Shown in pieces: positions 9,154 to 18,957 of a stretch of 64,000 nt of DNA (positions are counted from its first letter, which is position 1; each line of letters starts with the position of its first letter). The position numbers and the translations under genes were made by a program. The DNA is taken from the sequence record MH533020.1. The stretch is one strand, 5' to 3'. Below the pieces are notes generated by a model that saw only the letters and a list, made by a program, of their open reading frames with translations, did no database searches and was not told where the DNA came from. The DNA comes from Acinetobacter phage ABPH49.

Positions 9154-9482
9154 TCTTTGAGAATGCTGATGAGAAAATCATCGAACTCGTAGAGGCGGAG
9201 GATTCTCTTCGCCACCACCTCGCCCAGTACAAGGGTGCAACAATGTTCTACGATGGACCGTGGACCATTGTTGACGACCCTTGGTCGATCCAGTGGTTGA
9301 ACGAAAAGGAAGAGTTGTGCCAAGTGCAGATCATCGCACCACCGATTGAGGGTGAAAAGTTGAGCATGTTCGTTTGCACATTCGATGCACGAACTGTTCT
9401 GAACCTTGTCCTCATGAAGGAAGAGTACATCAGTGTCGAACACGAATTGGAGAAAGAAAAGAGTGAGAATCCTGACGATTGA
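9150..9482 (+). CDS. hypothetical protein
   Basis: ORF track 110 aa; ATGA coupling. Confidence 0.5.
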   Translation: MIFENADEKIIELVEAEDSLRHHLAQYKGATMFYDGPWTIVDDPWSIQWLNEKEELCQVQIIAPPIEGEKLSMFVCTFDARTVLNLVLMKEEYISVEHELEKEKSENPDD

Positions 9483-10044
9483 CCAGAGTATGGCGTCATG
9501 CGCCTACGTGGTGTTGGAAGACGAAAAGCCGATCTTCAAAGAGGTGTTGCACACAACCGGGGCTGCTGATCCAAAGGCTTGGCAGATCAGGTTCGATAAC
9601 CCGGTTGAGCAAATGGATTACATCTCCAAGAAGATCCTCGGGGTAGCCAACAGCTTCGAAGTCGAGCACGTCGTTATGGAATCGCTGAGTTTCGGATCTG
9701 CGGGTAACGCAACCCGCGATCTGGCCGGGCTGTTCTTCTGCATCCAGCTCACTCTGTTCCGAGATGGACGGTATGGGATGGATCAGCTGCATACGATCGC
9801 GCCGACATCGGCCAAATCTTGGGCATGGAACTTCTTGCCAGAAGACATGCAGTCCGTCCCTAATGAAAAGGGAACCAAGATGAACAAGCGAAAGATGGGT
9901 AAGGATGAAATGGTGATTGTTGCCAAATCTCTGTACCCGGGTTTCCTTGACGGCTACAACAAAACAGGTAAGAATGGTGGGTTGACTGACCTCGCGGATG
10001 CGATCTTGATTGGTCGTACTTGGCGGGCTAAGCGGGGGCTGTAA
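9433..10044 (+). CDS. RuvC-like Holliday junction resolvase
   Basis: ILTIDQSMASCAYVVL resembles the RuvC N-terminal catalytic motif; C-terminal DLADAILIG; start ambiguous (9433 or a downstream GTG/ATG). Confidence 0.55.
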   Translation: MSNTNWRKKRVRILTIDQSMASCAYVVLEDEKPIFKEVLHTTGAADPKAWQIRFDNPVEQMDYISKKILGVANSFEVEHVVMESLSFGSAGNATRDLAGLFFCIQLTLFRDGRYGMDQLHTIAPTSAKSWAWNFLPEDMQSVPNEKGTKMNKRKMGKDEMVIVAKSLYPGFLDGYNKTGKNGGLTDLADAILIGRTWRAKRGL

Positions 10045-10628
10045 TGGCCCGTCGCTACCGCCGTAAAACTTCGAGGTCTGCAAAGCCGAAGTTTGCCACC
10101 AAGAAAAAGGTGACCGCTCGAATCACCACACCGCTGAATAAGGATTTATGGGTTTCAGGGTCGAAATCTATAGAGAAAGAAAGGGATAGGATCCTCGCAG
10201 AACAAGGAGGGCTTTGCGCTCTCCTCGGCGAGCCGGTGATAGACCCGTGTCTTGACCATGATCATTACGACGGGAAATGCCGGGGAGTCCTAAGCAGTGT
10301 GGTCAACATGTGGGAAGGGAAAGTTCATGAGTTGTGGGGACGTCATGTGGCCGAATACACAGACACCCCGCTCAGTGAAGTCCTGAGGAGAATGGCCGAT
10401 TATCTGGAAGCTGATCGGACACAATCTAAGCTGCATGGTAAAACAGTGGCCGACCTGAAGGCTTACCTGAAAAAACTGACGAAAGAAACGATCGTCCGTC
10501 GTGGACGAGAGATCCTTGGTATTGAGATCGACCCGGAACTCGAAAAGGTTGAGCAGATCAGGATCTACGTCGTCGAATTCATTCGTCAACTCGAGGAGAA
10601 TTACGGTTATGAGAGAAGTCGGCCTTAG
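10044..10628 (+). CDS. recombination endonuclease VII-like (HNH/Endo VII family) protein
   Basis: GGLCALLGEPV...DHDHYDGKCRGVL matches the Endo VII C...DHDH..G..RG motif. Confidence 0.6.
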   Translation: MARRYRRKTSRSAKPKFATKKKVTARITTPLNKDLWVSGSKSIEKERDRILAEQGGLCALLGEPVIDPCLDHDHYDGKCRGVLSSVVNMWEGKVHELWGRHVAEYTDTPLSEVLRRMADYLEADRTQSKLHGKTVADLKAYLKKLTKETIVRRGREILGIEIDPELEKVEQIRIYVVEFIRQLEENYGYERSRP

Positions 10629-10833
10629 TGCAGGGATTGATGCACCAGTGATCCAGTTCTTCTATCGCAATTGGCGAGGGGAGTGTGGCTACCGTAAGAT
10701 CAAGGGGACTCCGCAGTTCTGGTATGGAACGAGCCAGTACCACAAGGGTGCCCAGTGGTTCATCAAGGCATACGATGCAGACAAAGATGATGTAAGAGAC
10801 TTCGCAGTCAAAGACATCATTGAATTCGTGTAA
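10609..10833 (+). CDS. hypothetical protein
   Basis: internal ATG (MREVGLSAG...) of track ORF 10501..10833 overlapping the upstream stop. Confidence 0.45.
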   Translation: MREVGLSAGIDAPVIQFFYRNWRGECGYRKIKGTPQFWYGTSQYHKGAQWFIKAYDADKDDVRDFAVKDIIEFV

Positions 10834-10853
10834 ACGAGAGGAGAATAGCAGTA

Positions 10854-11828
10854 ATGACAACCAACCAAACGGTCAAGGCAACAATCACGGATGAGCAGTT
10901 GGAAAATCTGAAGGCGTCTGGGCTTTCCAACCGAGCGATTGCCCGAGACTATCTGGGCAAAGAGAGTCGTGAGTCCTACGTGCGCCTGCGTCTTGATCGC
11001 CTGTACGGAAGCACACGAGCAAGTGTCAGTGCGCTGAACGCTGCCAAACGAAGGGCTAGTGGTCCGAAGGTTCTCGTATTGGACATCGAGACAGCACCGC
11101 TGATCGCCCACATGTGGAGCCTCTGGCAAAACGGGATCGGCCTGAACCAAATGCAAGGTGACTGGCACCTGCTGTCGTATGCTGCCAAGTGGATTGATAG
11201 CGACGAAGTGTTCTACAAGGATCAGCGTGACAAGGAAGACATCACGGATGACTCTGAGCTGTTGGAAGATCTCTGGGAGCTTCTGAACGAAGCGGACTTC
11301 GTGATTGGTCACAACATCCGCAAGTTCGACATCAAGAAGATCAAGGCCCGGATGCTGTTGAATGGCTTGCCGCCTCCGTCAACCTTCCGACAGATTGACA
11401 CCCTGATCATTGCCAAGAGCGTGTTCGCGTTCACCAGCAATAAGCTGGAGTACCTGACTGACAAACTCTGCAAGGTGTTCAAGAAGTCCAAGCACGGTAA
11501 GTTCCACGGACATTCCCTGTGGACAGAGTGTCTGAAAGGTAACCCGGAAGCATGGCTGGAGATGGAGGAATACAACAAGTACGACATCCTGTCCAACCAA
11601 GAGCTGTACGAGATTCTGGCACCGTGGGATGCCCGCCTGCCGAACTTCGACCTGTACACGGATGAGGTCCTCGACAACTCCGAATGGGTTAAAGACGGGT
11701 ACCACCTGACCAACCTCGGTAAGTACGATCGTTATCGTCACGTGGTGACCGGCCAGTACCGCCGTGGGCGGAAAAATCTGCTAACGAAGGAAAAGCGAGC
11801 TTCGTTGCTGTCAAACATCATCGCTTAA
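10854..11828 (+). CDS. DEDDh-family 3'-5' exonuclease (DnaQ/RNase T-like)
   Basis: LVLDIETAP (Exo I), HNIRKFD (Exo II), YNKYD (Exo III) motifs; RBS GAGAGGAGAA. Confidence 0.7.
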   Translation: MTTNQTVKATITDEQLENLKASGLSNRAIARDYLGKESRESYVRLRLDRLYGSTRASVSALNAAKRRASGPKVLVLDIETAPLIAHMWSLWQNGIGLNQMQGDWHLLSYAAKWIDSDEVFYKDQRDKEDITDDSELLEDLWELLNEADFVIGHNIRKFDIKKIKARMLLNGLPPPSTFRQIDTLIIAKSVFAFTSNKLEYLTDKLCKVFKKSKHGKFHGHSLWTECLKGNPEAWLEMEEYNKYDILSNQELYEILAPWDARLPNFDLYTDEVLDNSEWVKDGYHLTNLGKYDRYRHVVTGQYRRGRKNLLTKEKRASLLSNIIA

Positions 11829-11830
11829 CA

Positions 11831-11861
11831 CTCAAAGGTCACCTTCGGGTGGCCTTTTTTC
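11831..11861 (+). terminator. rho-independent terminator (AAAGGTCACCTTCGGGTGGCCTTTTTT), duplicate of the 6166-6196 element
   Basis: 31-bp identity including flanking CACTCA; hairpin plus T-run. Confidence 0.7.
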
Positions 11862-11929
11862 GTGATTGGTGATTGACATGGTCGGTAGGATTTGAGAAAA
11901 TTCTCATGTTGAAGAAGAGAGGAGAAGAA

Positions 11930-12567
11930 ATGAAGATCATTGCTTTAAATGCCCCTGCGAACTCCGGCAAAGACGAGATCGCTAAATACCTGAGCAAAAA
12001 TACGGCACCGTGCACATGGAGATCAAAGAGCTGCTGTTCGAAGTGGCTATCCGCGCCGCCGGGGTCAGCAAAAAGCTCTGGGAAGCACTGTATGAGCGCG
12101 AGTACAAAGAGCGCCCATGCCCATACCTGATGATCAACGGACAAAACGTCAGCCCGCGTGAGTGGATGATCCATTGTTCTGAGGGACTGATGAAGCCGAT
12201 CTTCGGCAACACTGTGTTCGGCGACGCCCTCCGCAAGAAACTCGAGGCTTTGGAAGAAGAGAATGCCGGTAAAGAGTTGGTGATCGTCCTGTCCGATGGG
12301 GGCTTCGTTGCTGAGGCGATTCCAAACATGGATTTTGTCGGTGTTCACAATTACTACCTCGCCCGCGTGCAGCGCGTGGATGAAAACGGTGACCCAAGCA
12401 AATACGGCTTCGGGGCAGATAGTCGCCGGTTCTTGTACGCCAGTGACTTTGGCTTCGCTATCCGTGCCGTTGATTGGGAAAACCGACCAAATGAGCTTGA
12501 GCAGCTGGCAGAAGAGATCTATGCCGACGCAATGGCTAACAAAAAGAGCAGCTGGGAGCAACCATGA
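11930..12567 (+). CDS. deoxynucleoside monophosphate kinase (T4 gp1-like), interrupted by an apparent 1-nt frameshift near 11996-12001
   Basis: N-terminal P-loop ALNAPANSGKDEIAKYLSK in frame 2, the remaining about 185 aa in frame 1. The junction lies in an A5 run. Confidence 0.6.
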
Positions 12568-13160
12568 TTAAATGTCCTATCATTGTCGACGTGGATCAGA
12601 CCTTCGTAGATTCTGCAACACCGTGGCTTCGGTGGTGTGAGGATGTGTACGGTGTTCTGCCAGACTGGAGCCAAAGCCCTCCGAGTGGTGAGATGCACTA
12701 CAACATCGGGAGCTATTTCCCGTCGCCGAAGAAGCATCAACCTCTGCCGCTGTTGTTCTGGGAGGATCCGTTCCTCTACGACAAGCTTCGTCCTCTGCCC
12801 GGCGCACTGGTCGTACTCCGCAAACTGAAAAGTATGGGACACCCGATCCGCTTTGTCTCTTACTGCAAGAACGGCCACTTCAGTTCAAAGGCGAGATTCC
12901 TGAAGCGTGAGACAAGCGACTTCTTGGATCTCGAGACTGGGTCAACTGGGGACGGGTTCTACGCCACAAAGGTGAAAAGTGGTGTAAGCGGTGGTGTGAT
13001 CATTGACGATCGCAACGAGTTCCTGAACCAGTTTGCGGATGACGTGCTGAAGATTAAGATGTGGACCCCGTTCACACAGTCTGTTGAGCCACGTTGCAAA
13101 TACGACTTCGAGGCTCGCAGCTGGAAGCAGATCGGCGACTTCCTGCTGGCAACGCTGTAA
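12564..13160 (+). CDS. HAD-superfamily phosphatase / 5'(3')-deoxyribonucleotidase-like
   Basis: N-terminal DxDxT motif (IIVDVDQTFVD); 198 aa. Confidence 0.5.
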   Translation: MIKCPIIVDVDQTFVDSATPWLRWCEDVYGVLPDWSQSPPSGEMHYNIGSYFPSPKKHQPLPLLFWEDPFLYDKLRPLPGALVVLRKLKSMGHPIRFVSYCKNGHFSSKARFLKRETSDFLDLETGSTGDGFYATKVKSGVSGGVIIDDRNEFLNQFADDVLKIKMWTPFTQSVEPRCKYDFEARSWKQIGDFLLATL

Positions 13161-13348
13161 TGGCGAAGGATTGTGGCACATACGCGGTTAAGTATGGGCA
13201 GCAGGTGGAGATTCTGGACGGCGAGGGGAACATCCTCGCCTCTTTCAGAGCCAGATCTGACATGTGCAAAGAAATTCTTGACAGGTATTTGGCTAACATG
13301 TACCATGTCGACACAACAAAACAGTACAAAATCAAAAGGATACGATGA
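13160..13348 (+). CDS. hypothetical small protein
   Basis: TAATG coupling; 62 aa. Confidence 0.4.
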   Translation: MAKDCGTYAVKYGQQVEILDGEGNILASFRARSDMCKEILDRYLANMYHVDTTKQYKIKRIR

Positions 13349-14332
13349 ATGAGTAAAGTGTTCGAAGGTCGTGGTAACATCTTCGTTAAGGTGATTGCGG
13401 ATTCCAAAGTTCGAGAGAACAAGGAGCAAAAGGCGAGGGTAACAACGTTTGAGTTGACATACCCACGGATCATTCATGCTGAGCTGATGACTCACCGGGT
13501 CCTGACGAAAAATGCGATGTCTTCCCGAGCAGTACCGATCGCAACGATGATTGAACTGGTCCGCAGCCAACCTGCAATGCCGGTAGAGTGGGGCAGCAAT
13601 AACCCGGGAATGCGTTCCATGAACTTGCTGGGTGAAGAAGAGACTGCCAAAGCCAAGGAACTTTGGATTGAGGCCTCCGAGTTTGCTTGCCAGAAGGCAG
13701 AAGAGCTGGCCGCGCTGAATGCACACAAACAGATCGCCAACCGCCTGCTGGAGCCGTTCCAGTTTATGCGTACCATCGTTACCGGCACCGACTGGAACAA
13801 CTTCCGCTGGTTGCGTGTGGACAAGGATGCGGATCCTACCTTCTACGAACTGGCTAAGGTGATGATGGCAGCGATGGATCAAAGCCATCCAGAAACTTTG
13901 AAGTTTGGTCAGTGGCACACCCCGTATGTTGAGCATTGCGAGGGTGGAGCGCCGGGCACGTTCGGTTATTACGTGACGGATGAAGAAGATCAGCGTGTGA
14001 TGCTGACCAAGGAAGAAGCATTGGCGATCTCCGCCTCCTGCTGCGCTCAGGTGAGTTATCGCCGACTGAACAGCACGAAAGACAAAGCATTGGACATCTA
14101 TGGTCGTCTGCTGTCTGGCAACAAGGTGCACGCCAGTCCGTTCGAGCATCAGGCGACGCCTCTCCCGTACCACATGTACGAGAAGAAGCCGCTGAATGGT
14201 GTTGCACTGCCACCGTGGAACTGGCCGAAGGGTGTTACACACGTCAGCCGTGAAATGGAGTATTTCTCTGGCAACCTGCGTGGCTTCATACAGCACCGAC
14301 AATTGCTGGAAAATAACGTCAAAGCCGGTTGA
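13349..14332 (+). CDS. ThyX-like flavin-dependent thymidylate synthase family protein
   Basis: ThyX-like signature LMTHRVLTKNAMSSRAV (RHR-x7-S-x-R pattern with Thr replacing the first Arg); 327 aa. Confidence 0.55.
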   Translation: MSKVFEGRGNIFVKVIADSKVRENKEQKARVTTFELTYPRIIHAELMTHRVLTKNAMSSRAVPIATMIELVRSQPAMPVEWGSNNPGMRSMNLLGEEETAKAKELWIEASEFACQKAEELAALNAHKQIANRLLEPFQFMRTIVTGTDWNNFRWLRVDKDADPTFYELAKVMMAAMDQSHPETLKFGQWHTPYVEHCEGGAPGTFGYYVTDEEDQRVMLTKEEALAISASCCAQVSYRRLNSTKDKALDIYGRLLSGNKVHASPFEHQATPLPYHMYEKKPLNGVALPPWNWPKGVTHVSREMEYFSGNLRGFIQHRQLLENNVKAG

Positions 14333-14358
14333 CATTGATCAGCGGTTTTTGGTAGAAT
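14329..14358 (+). promoter_or_regulatory. sigma70-like promoter (TTGACA-18-TAGAAT) followed by a 5'-UTR hairpin (CCCGGTGATGAGCCGGG, 14369-14386)
   Basis: hexamers plus RBS GAGAGGAAATAA before ATG 14413. Confidence 0.5.
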
Positions 14359-14412
14359 TGACGACTTGCCCGGTGATGAGCCGGGCTGATACGAAAGAGA
14401 GGAAATAACCTA

Positions 14413-14958
14413 ATGGCGTTCAAAAAAGTGCAACACATCTCAGTGACTCTGGACTTCCTGCTGGAGCTGCAAAACAACGGCGGTCTGGCCCACATCGAAG
14501 AGCGTTTCGGTGGTAAAATGGATATCCTGCGGAACTCTGAGCATCTCCGCGCCGCTCTCCGCGTTGTAGGTTTCGACGCATGGGAGATCGACGACAAGGG
14601 TGAGTATGTTACGGACGAAAATGGGCACAAGAAGCCTTCCCGTATTGACAAGCTTCCTGCGGTAAACGTCCGCTGCAACAACATGCCGTACAAGTCCCGT
14701 AAATGCATCGTGTTTGCCGGTCGTATGGTTAGCGGATTCAAACACGCACGGATCTACGATGGTGTCGACATCCTTGACGTCGCAGTGGTCAAAGACAGTG
14801 CCATGCTGGACATGGTTAACGAGTTCGACTATGACGTCCCGGTTGTGGATAAAGTAAATACCCGGAAGTACACCAAACGCGAAGATCGTAACTCCACCGT
14901 CGAAGTGGAATACACACCTGAGCAACTGGAACAACTGTCCGCAATCTTTGGAGAGTAA
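14413..14958 (+). CDS. hypothetical protein
   Basis: ORF track 181 aa; good RBS. Confidence 0.55.
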   Translation: MAFKKVQHISVTLDFLLELQNNGGLAHIEERFGGKMDILRNSEHLRAALRVVGFDAWEIDDKGEYVTDENGHKKPSRIDKLPAVNVRCNNMPYKSRKCIVFAGRMVSGFKHARIYDGVDILDVAVVKDSAMLDMVNEFDYDVPVVDKVNTRKYTKREDRNSTVEVEYTPEQLEQLSAIFGE

Positions 14959-14962
14959 TGCA

Positions 14963-15220
14963 ATGGCGAGAAAGCAAACCCCGGCGAAGTGTGTTCCAGT
15001 TGAGAATACCAAATGGCATCAGCGTGGATTCACCGACAAACACCATTACCAAGGGTGGTTGCAGTTCAACGACCTGATCGACGAAGGTTATGGGTACGAT
15101 GACACGTACTATGACCAGTTCAGTGGTAAAACAATTCGCATCGCGGGCAGTACAGATGCACCTGACGGCACCGAGGCGGATGAAGCAGCACAATTCCTGA
15201 AAATGCACGACAAACAATAA
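14963..15220 (+). CDS. hypothetical protein
   Basis: ATG 14963 within track ORF 14948..15220. Confidence 0.45.
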   Translation: MARKQTPAKCVPVENTKWHQRGFTDKHHYQGWLQFNDLIDEGYGYDDTYYDQFSGKTIRIAGSTDAPDGTEADEAAQFLKMHDKQ

Positions 15221-15233
15221 AAGGGAGATTCAC

Positions 15234-17507
15234 TTGATCAACAAGATTGTAAAGGCCAACGGTTCCACGGTAGACTTCGATCCTGCAAAACTGAACGGCT
15301 GGGCCAAGTGGGCGGCTCAGTATGGTGTAGACTGGAGCAACATCGCACTGCAAGCAGTTAAAAAGTGTTTCGATGGTTGTTCCACGAAAGACCTTCAGCA
15401 AGCAATGATCGACGCCTGCGTTGACCGTGTGGATGAGCCGCATATGATGATGGCAGGACGCCTTCTGATTGGCAACATCTACAAAGAGGCCTTTGGCGGT
15501 CATGATAAGATCCCTACGCTGAAAGACTTCTACCACAGCATGGTTGGAAAGGGCTTTTGGCAGGAGATGGATTACACCGATGAAGAGCTGGATGTGATCG
15601 ACCGCTTCATCGACCATGACAAAGACCTGAATACACCGTACCCGGAACTGAACCAGATCCGAACGAAGTACACCTGCATCGACCGTGTTAATGACGTGTG
15701 CCATGAAAGCCCACAGTTCATGTACATCGGCATGGCGATGAAGAACATGGAGAAATCTCCGAAAGACGAGCGAATGACTGACATTAAGATGCTGTACACG
15801 TATCTGAGTGACAAGAAGATCAACGCTCCAACGCCATTTATGGTAAACCTTCGCACTCCGAAGGGCGGCTATGCCTCCTGTTGCGTAAGCACCACCGAGG
15901 ACACGGCCCCGTCTCTGGCGGCAGCAGACCACATCAACTACATGATGACCTGCGCCTCCGCCGGGATCGGTGCTCACATTAAGAGCCGCAGCAAGTGGGA
16001 CGCCGTGGGTAAAGGTCAGGTTGTCCACCAAGGCAAAATGCCGTACTACCGTGCGACTGTTGCTATGGTGAGTGCAAACCTCCAGTCCAGTCGTGGTGGT
16101 GCAGCAACAATGCACTTCAACTGCATGGACCCTGAGGTTGAGGACCTGTTGCAGCTGAAGAACCCGACGACTGTGACCCAGAAGCAGATCCGCGACATCG
16201 ACTACTCGTTCGGTGCCATGCGTCTGTTCGGTAAGCACGTAGCCAAGAACTTGCCTTGGATGCTGATCAGCTACGCTGCGGCACCGGACCTGTACGAAGC
16301 GGCTTACTCTGAGGATCAGGTTGAGTTCGAGCGCCTTTACGAGCAATACGCTAACGATGAAAAGACCAAGAAGGCTTTCATCTCGGCACGTGAACTGCTG
16401 GTCCTGAACTTGACGCAGCGGATTGAAACTGGCAGGATCTATCAGCACTTCACTGACCGCCTGAACCAGCAGACTCCGTTCAAAGACAAGATCTACAGCT
16501 CGAACCTGTGCCAAGAGATCGGCCTGCCGACCAAAGGGTACGACAACGTTCACCAGCTGAACGAAGCGTCTGAGAGCGGAGAGATTGGTCTGTGCAGCCT
16601 GTCAGCGTTGGTTGCTGGCCGTATCAAGGATGAAGAGTACGGTGACGTGGCGTATTACGCGCTGAAAATGGTTGACAACGTGATCGATTTGATGGAATAT
16701 CCATTCCCTCAGCTCGAGTTCACCGCGAAGGCCCGTCGGAGCATCGGCATCGGGATCACCAACTTGGCGTATGCTATGGCGAAGAACGGCTACAGCTACT
16801 CAACGGAAGAGGGTCGTAATTACGTGCACCGTCTGGCAGAGCTTCACAGCTACAGCCTGCACCGTGCAAGTCTGCGACTGGCTAAAGAACGTGGAGTGTG
16901 CGACTGGATTGGCCGGACCAAATACCCACAGGGTTGGTTCCCACATGATGCAGCTGTACCTGCGGTGGATACAGTCCACTCCCAGCCTCTGCTTCAGGAC
17001 TGGGAGACTCTCCGCAAAGAGATCGTTGAGTCCGGTGGTATTCGACACAGCGTCCTCGAGGCACACATGCCTTGCGAGAGCAGCTCGGTGGCAAGTGGTA
17101 CGCTTAACGGCCTGTATCCGGTTCGTTCACTGAAGACCGTGAAAAGCTCGGGCAATGAGCGCAAGAACGTCGTAATCGTCCCAGAGTACGATAAGCTGAA
17201 GGACAAGTACGACATTGCGTGGGAAGTGAGTACCAAGCATCTGACGGAGATTTATGCCCTTGTGCAGAAATTTACCGGTCAGGGGATCAGTGCCGACTTC
17301 TACGTCGTATTCAAGGAAGGTGAAGAGCGTAAGATCAGTACCCGCGTATTGATCAGCGACTACCTCTACATGATGAAGATGGGGCTGAAGACTGCTTACT
17401 ACCTCAACAGCAAAACCTCGGTTGCCGGTCTGAACACTGGCGTCCGTGATGCAGTTGTCGAGGAGCAGGAGAACGAAGATTGCGCCGGTGGTGGCTGCAA
17501 GCTGTAA
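15234..17507 (+). CDS. nrdA: ribonucleoside-diphosphate reductase large subunit (class Ia NrdA)
   Basis: 757 aa; NrdA-like sequence including SNLCQEIGLPT and the C-terminal Cys pair (CAGGGCKL); TTG start after RBS AAAGGGAG. Confidence 0.9.
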   Translation: MINKIVKANGSTVDFDPAKLNGWAKWAAQYGVDWSNIALQAVKKCFDGCSTKDLQQAMIDACVDRVDEPHMMMAGRLLIGNIYKEAFGGHDKIPTLKDFYHSMVGKGFWQEMDYTDEELDVIDRFIDHDKDLNTPYPELNQIRTKYTCIDRVNDVCHESPQFMYIGMAMKNMEKSPKDERMTDIKMLYTYLSDKKINAPTPFMVNLRTPKGGYASCCVSTTEDTAPSLAAADHINYMMTCASAGIGAHIKSRSKWDAVGKGQVVHQGKMPYYRATVAMVSANLQSSRGGAATMHFNCMDPEVEDLLQLKNPTTVTQKQIRDIDYSFGAMRLFGKHVAKNLPWMLISYAAAPDLYEAAYSEDQVEFERLYEQYANDEKTKKAFISARELLVLNLTQRIETGRIYQHFTDRLNQQTPFKDKIYSSNLCQEIGLPTKGYDNVHQLNEASESGEIGLCSLSALVAGRIKDEEYGDVAYYALKMVDNVIDLMEYPFPQLEFTAKARRSIGIGITNLAYAMAKNGYSYSTEEGRNYVHRLAELHSYSLHRASLRLAKERGVCDWIGRTKYPQGWFPHDAAVPAVDTVHSQPLLQDWETLRKEIVESGGIRHSVLEAHMPCESSSVASGTLNGLYPVRSLKTVKSSGNERKNVVIVPEYDKLKDKYDIAWEVSTKHLTEIYALVQKFTGQGISADFYVVFKEGEERKISTRVLISDYLYMMKMGLKTAYYLNSKTSVAGLNTGVRDAVVEEQENEDCAGGGCKL

Positions 17508-17551
17508 TGTCACAAGGCGGGGGTAATTCCCCGCTTCCACAAGGAGAGAAA

Positions 17552-18648
17552 ATGTCCGTATTCAACAAAGAGAATAACAACTGGAAAACTGGTAAGTACC
17601 CCCTGTTTTTGGGAGAGCAACTGGGCCTTCTCGACACCGTAAACACACCATACAAGCGCCTGTTCGAACTGTACAAGCTGCAAAAGAGCATCGACTGGGA
17701 CGAGAACGAGATGAACCTCGAGCAGTCACGTTTGGACATGGCAACCTGCCTGCCGGGCACCCGAAACCTGATGATCAAGAACTTGGCATTCCAAGCCGAG
17801 CTTGATGGTATCGCGGCACGATGCATGGCACCGCTGCTGGCACCGTTCATCACCAACACGGAGATGTGGCTGGGAGTATCCAAGATCACCGAGGTGGAAA
17901 ACCTCCACGCGATCACTTACACCACGATCATCCGCAACGTACTGAAGAATCCAGAAGAGTTCTTCGAAGAGATCACCAAGAACGAGAAGATCTTCGATCG
18001 TTCTGACAGCGTAATGGAAGTATTTGACGAGCTGGCGATCGCCGGTGCAAAATACACGCTGGACAAAAACTCCATCCCGCGCCGCGAGCTTATGTCTCTG
18101 CTGTTGCGTGCCTACGTGGGCATTTACTGTCTGGAGCGACTCCAGTTCATGTCTTCGTTCGCTGCAACCTTCGCGATCGGCGAGCAGGGCATGATGGTCG
18201 GGATCGCCAAGCTGGTATCGAAGATGCTCAGGACGAGCAGCTGCACGCAGCGTTCGACGAGGAAGTTATTCGGATCCTGTTGGCAGACCCAGAGTGGGCG
18301 GAAGTTTACGAAGAGATTAAGCCGTTTGTGCTGCGCTTTGTAAACGCTGTAACCAAGAGCGAGCTGGACTGGAACGAATATCTGTTCTCCGAGGGTCGTC
18401 AGATCGTTGGCCTGAACCGCCAGTTGCTGGACGAATGGGTCCTGTTGAACGCGGGTGTGGTGTACAAGTTCTTGGGCGTTGAAAACCCGCACAAGATCAT
18501 CGATGTGTCCCCGATCACTTGGATGGGCGATTGGCTGGATATCTCCAAGTTCCAGTTCGCGGCACAAGAAGGTGACATCACCGACTACCCAATGAACGTC
18601 GTGAGTAATGACGTTTCCGATGATGAAGAATTCGACTTCGAGGGATAA
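17552..18648 (+). CDS. nrdB: ribonucleoside-diphosphate reductase small subunit (NrdB) with an apparent 1-nt frameshift near 18221-18226
   Basis: N-terminal 222 aa in frame 2; the conserved iron-site (Q)DEQLH segment and C-terminus (...DDEEFDFEG) in frame 1; RBS CAAGGAGAGAAA. Confidence 0.8.
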
Positions 18649-18649
18649 G

Positions 18650-18943
18650 ATGAGCTACATTGTCTTTGGTAAAGAGAACTGCCCGTACTGCGTCCGCGCC
18701 AAGAACCTTCTGGAGCTTGGTGGGTTTGAGTACCGGTACTTGGATGTAGGTAAGGACGGCCATGCCTTCCAAACCATGCTGGACTGGGTCACAGATGCAA
18801 CGGGGACCGGCCCGAAATCGGTACCTCAGATTTTCGTTGACGAAGACGACACCATGACGTACATTGGTGGACACGACGACTTGGTATTGGCCCTCAACAA
18901 GGCCAAGACTGAAGAGTTGGGCGACGAAGACTTCGACTTTTGA
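18650..18943 (+). CDS. glutaredoxin (NrdC/NrdH-like redoxin)
   Basis: CPYC active-site motif (GKENCPYCVRAKNLL); about 97 aa; directly downstream of nrdAB. Confidence 0.75.
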   Translation: MSYIVFGKENCPYCVRAKNLLELGGFEYRYLDVGKDGHAFQTMLDWVTDATGTGPKSVPQIFVDEDDTMTYIGGHDDLVLALNKAKTEELGDEDFDF

Positions 18944-18957
18944 CAGAGGAGATAAAG

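Noticed and set aside
12959-14335. 458-aa ORF on the - strand
   Set aside because: It is antisense to the ThyX-like gene and the upstream genes. It has a junk-like composition and no start context.
15120-16553. 477-aa ORF on the - strand
   Set aside because: It is entirely antisense to the well-supported nrdA gene. It has no RBS and an Arg/Leu/Val-rich composition typical of reverse-frame artefacts.
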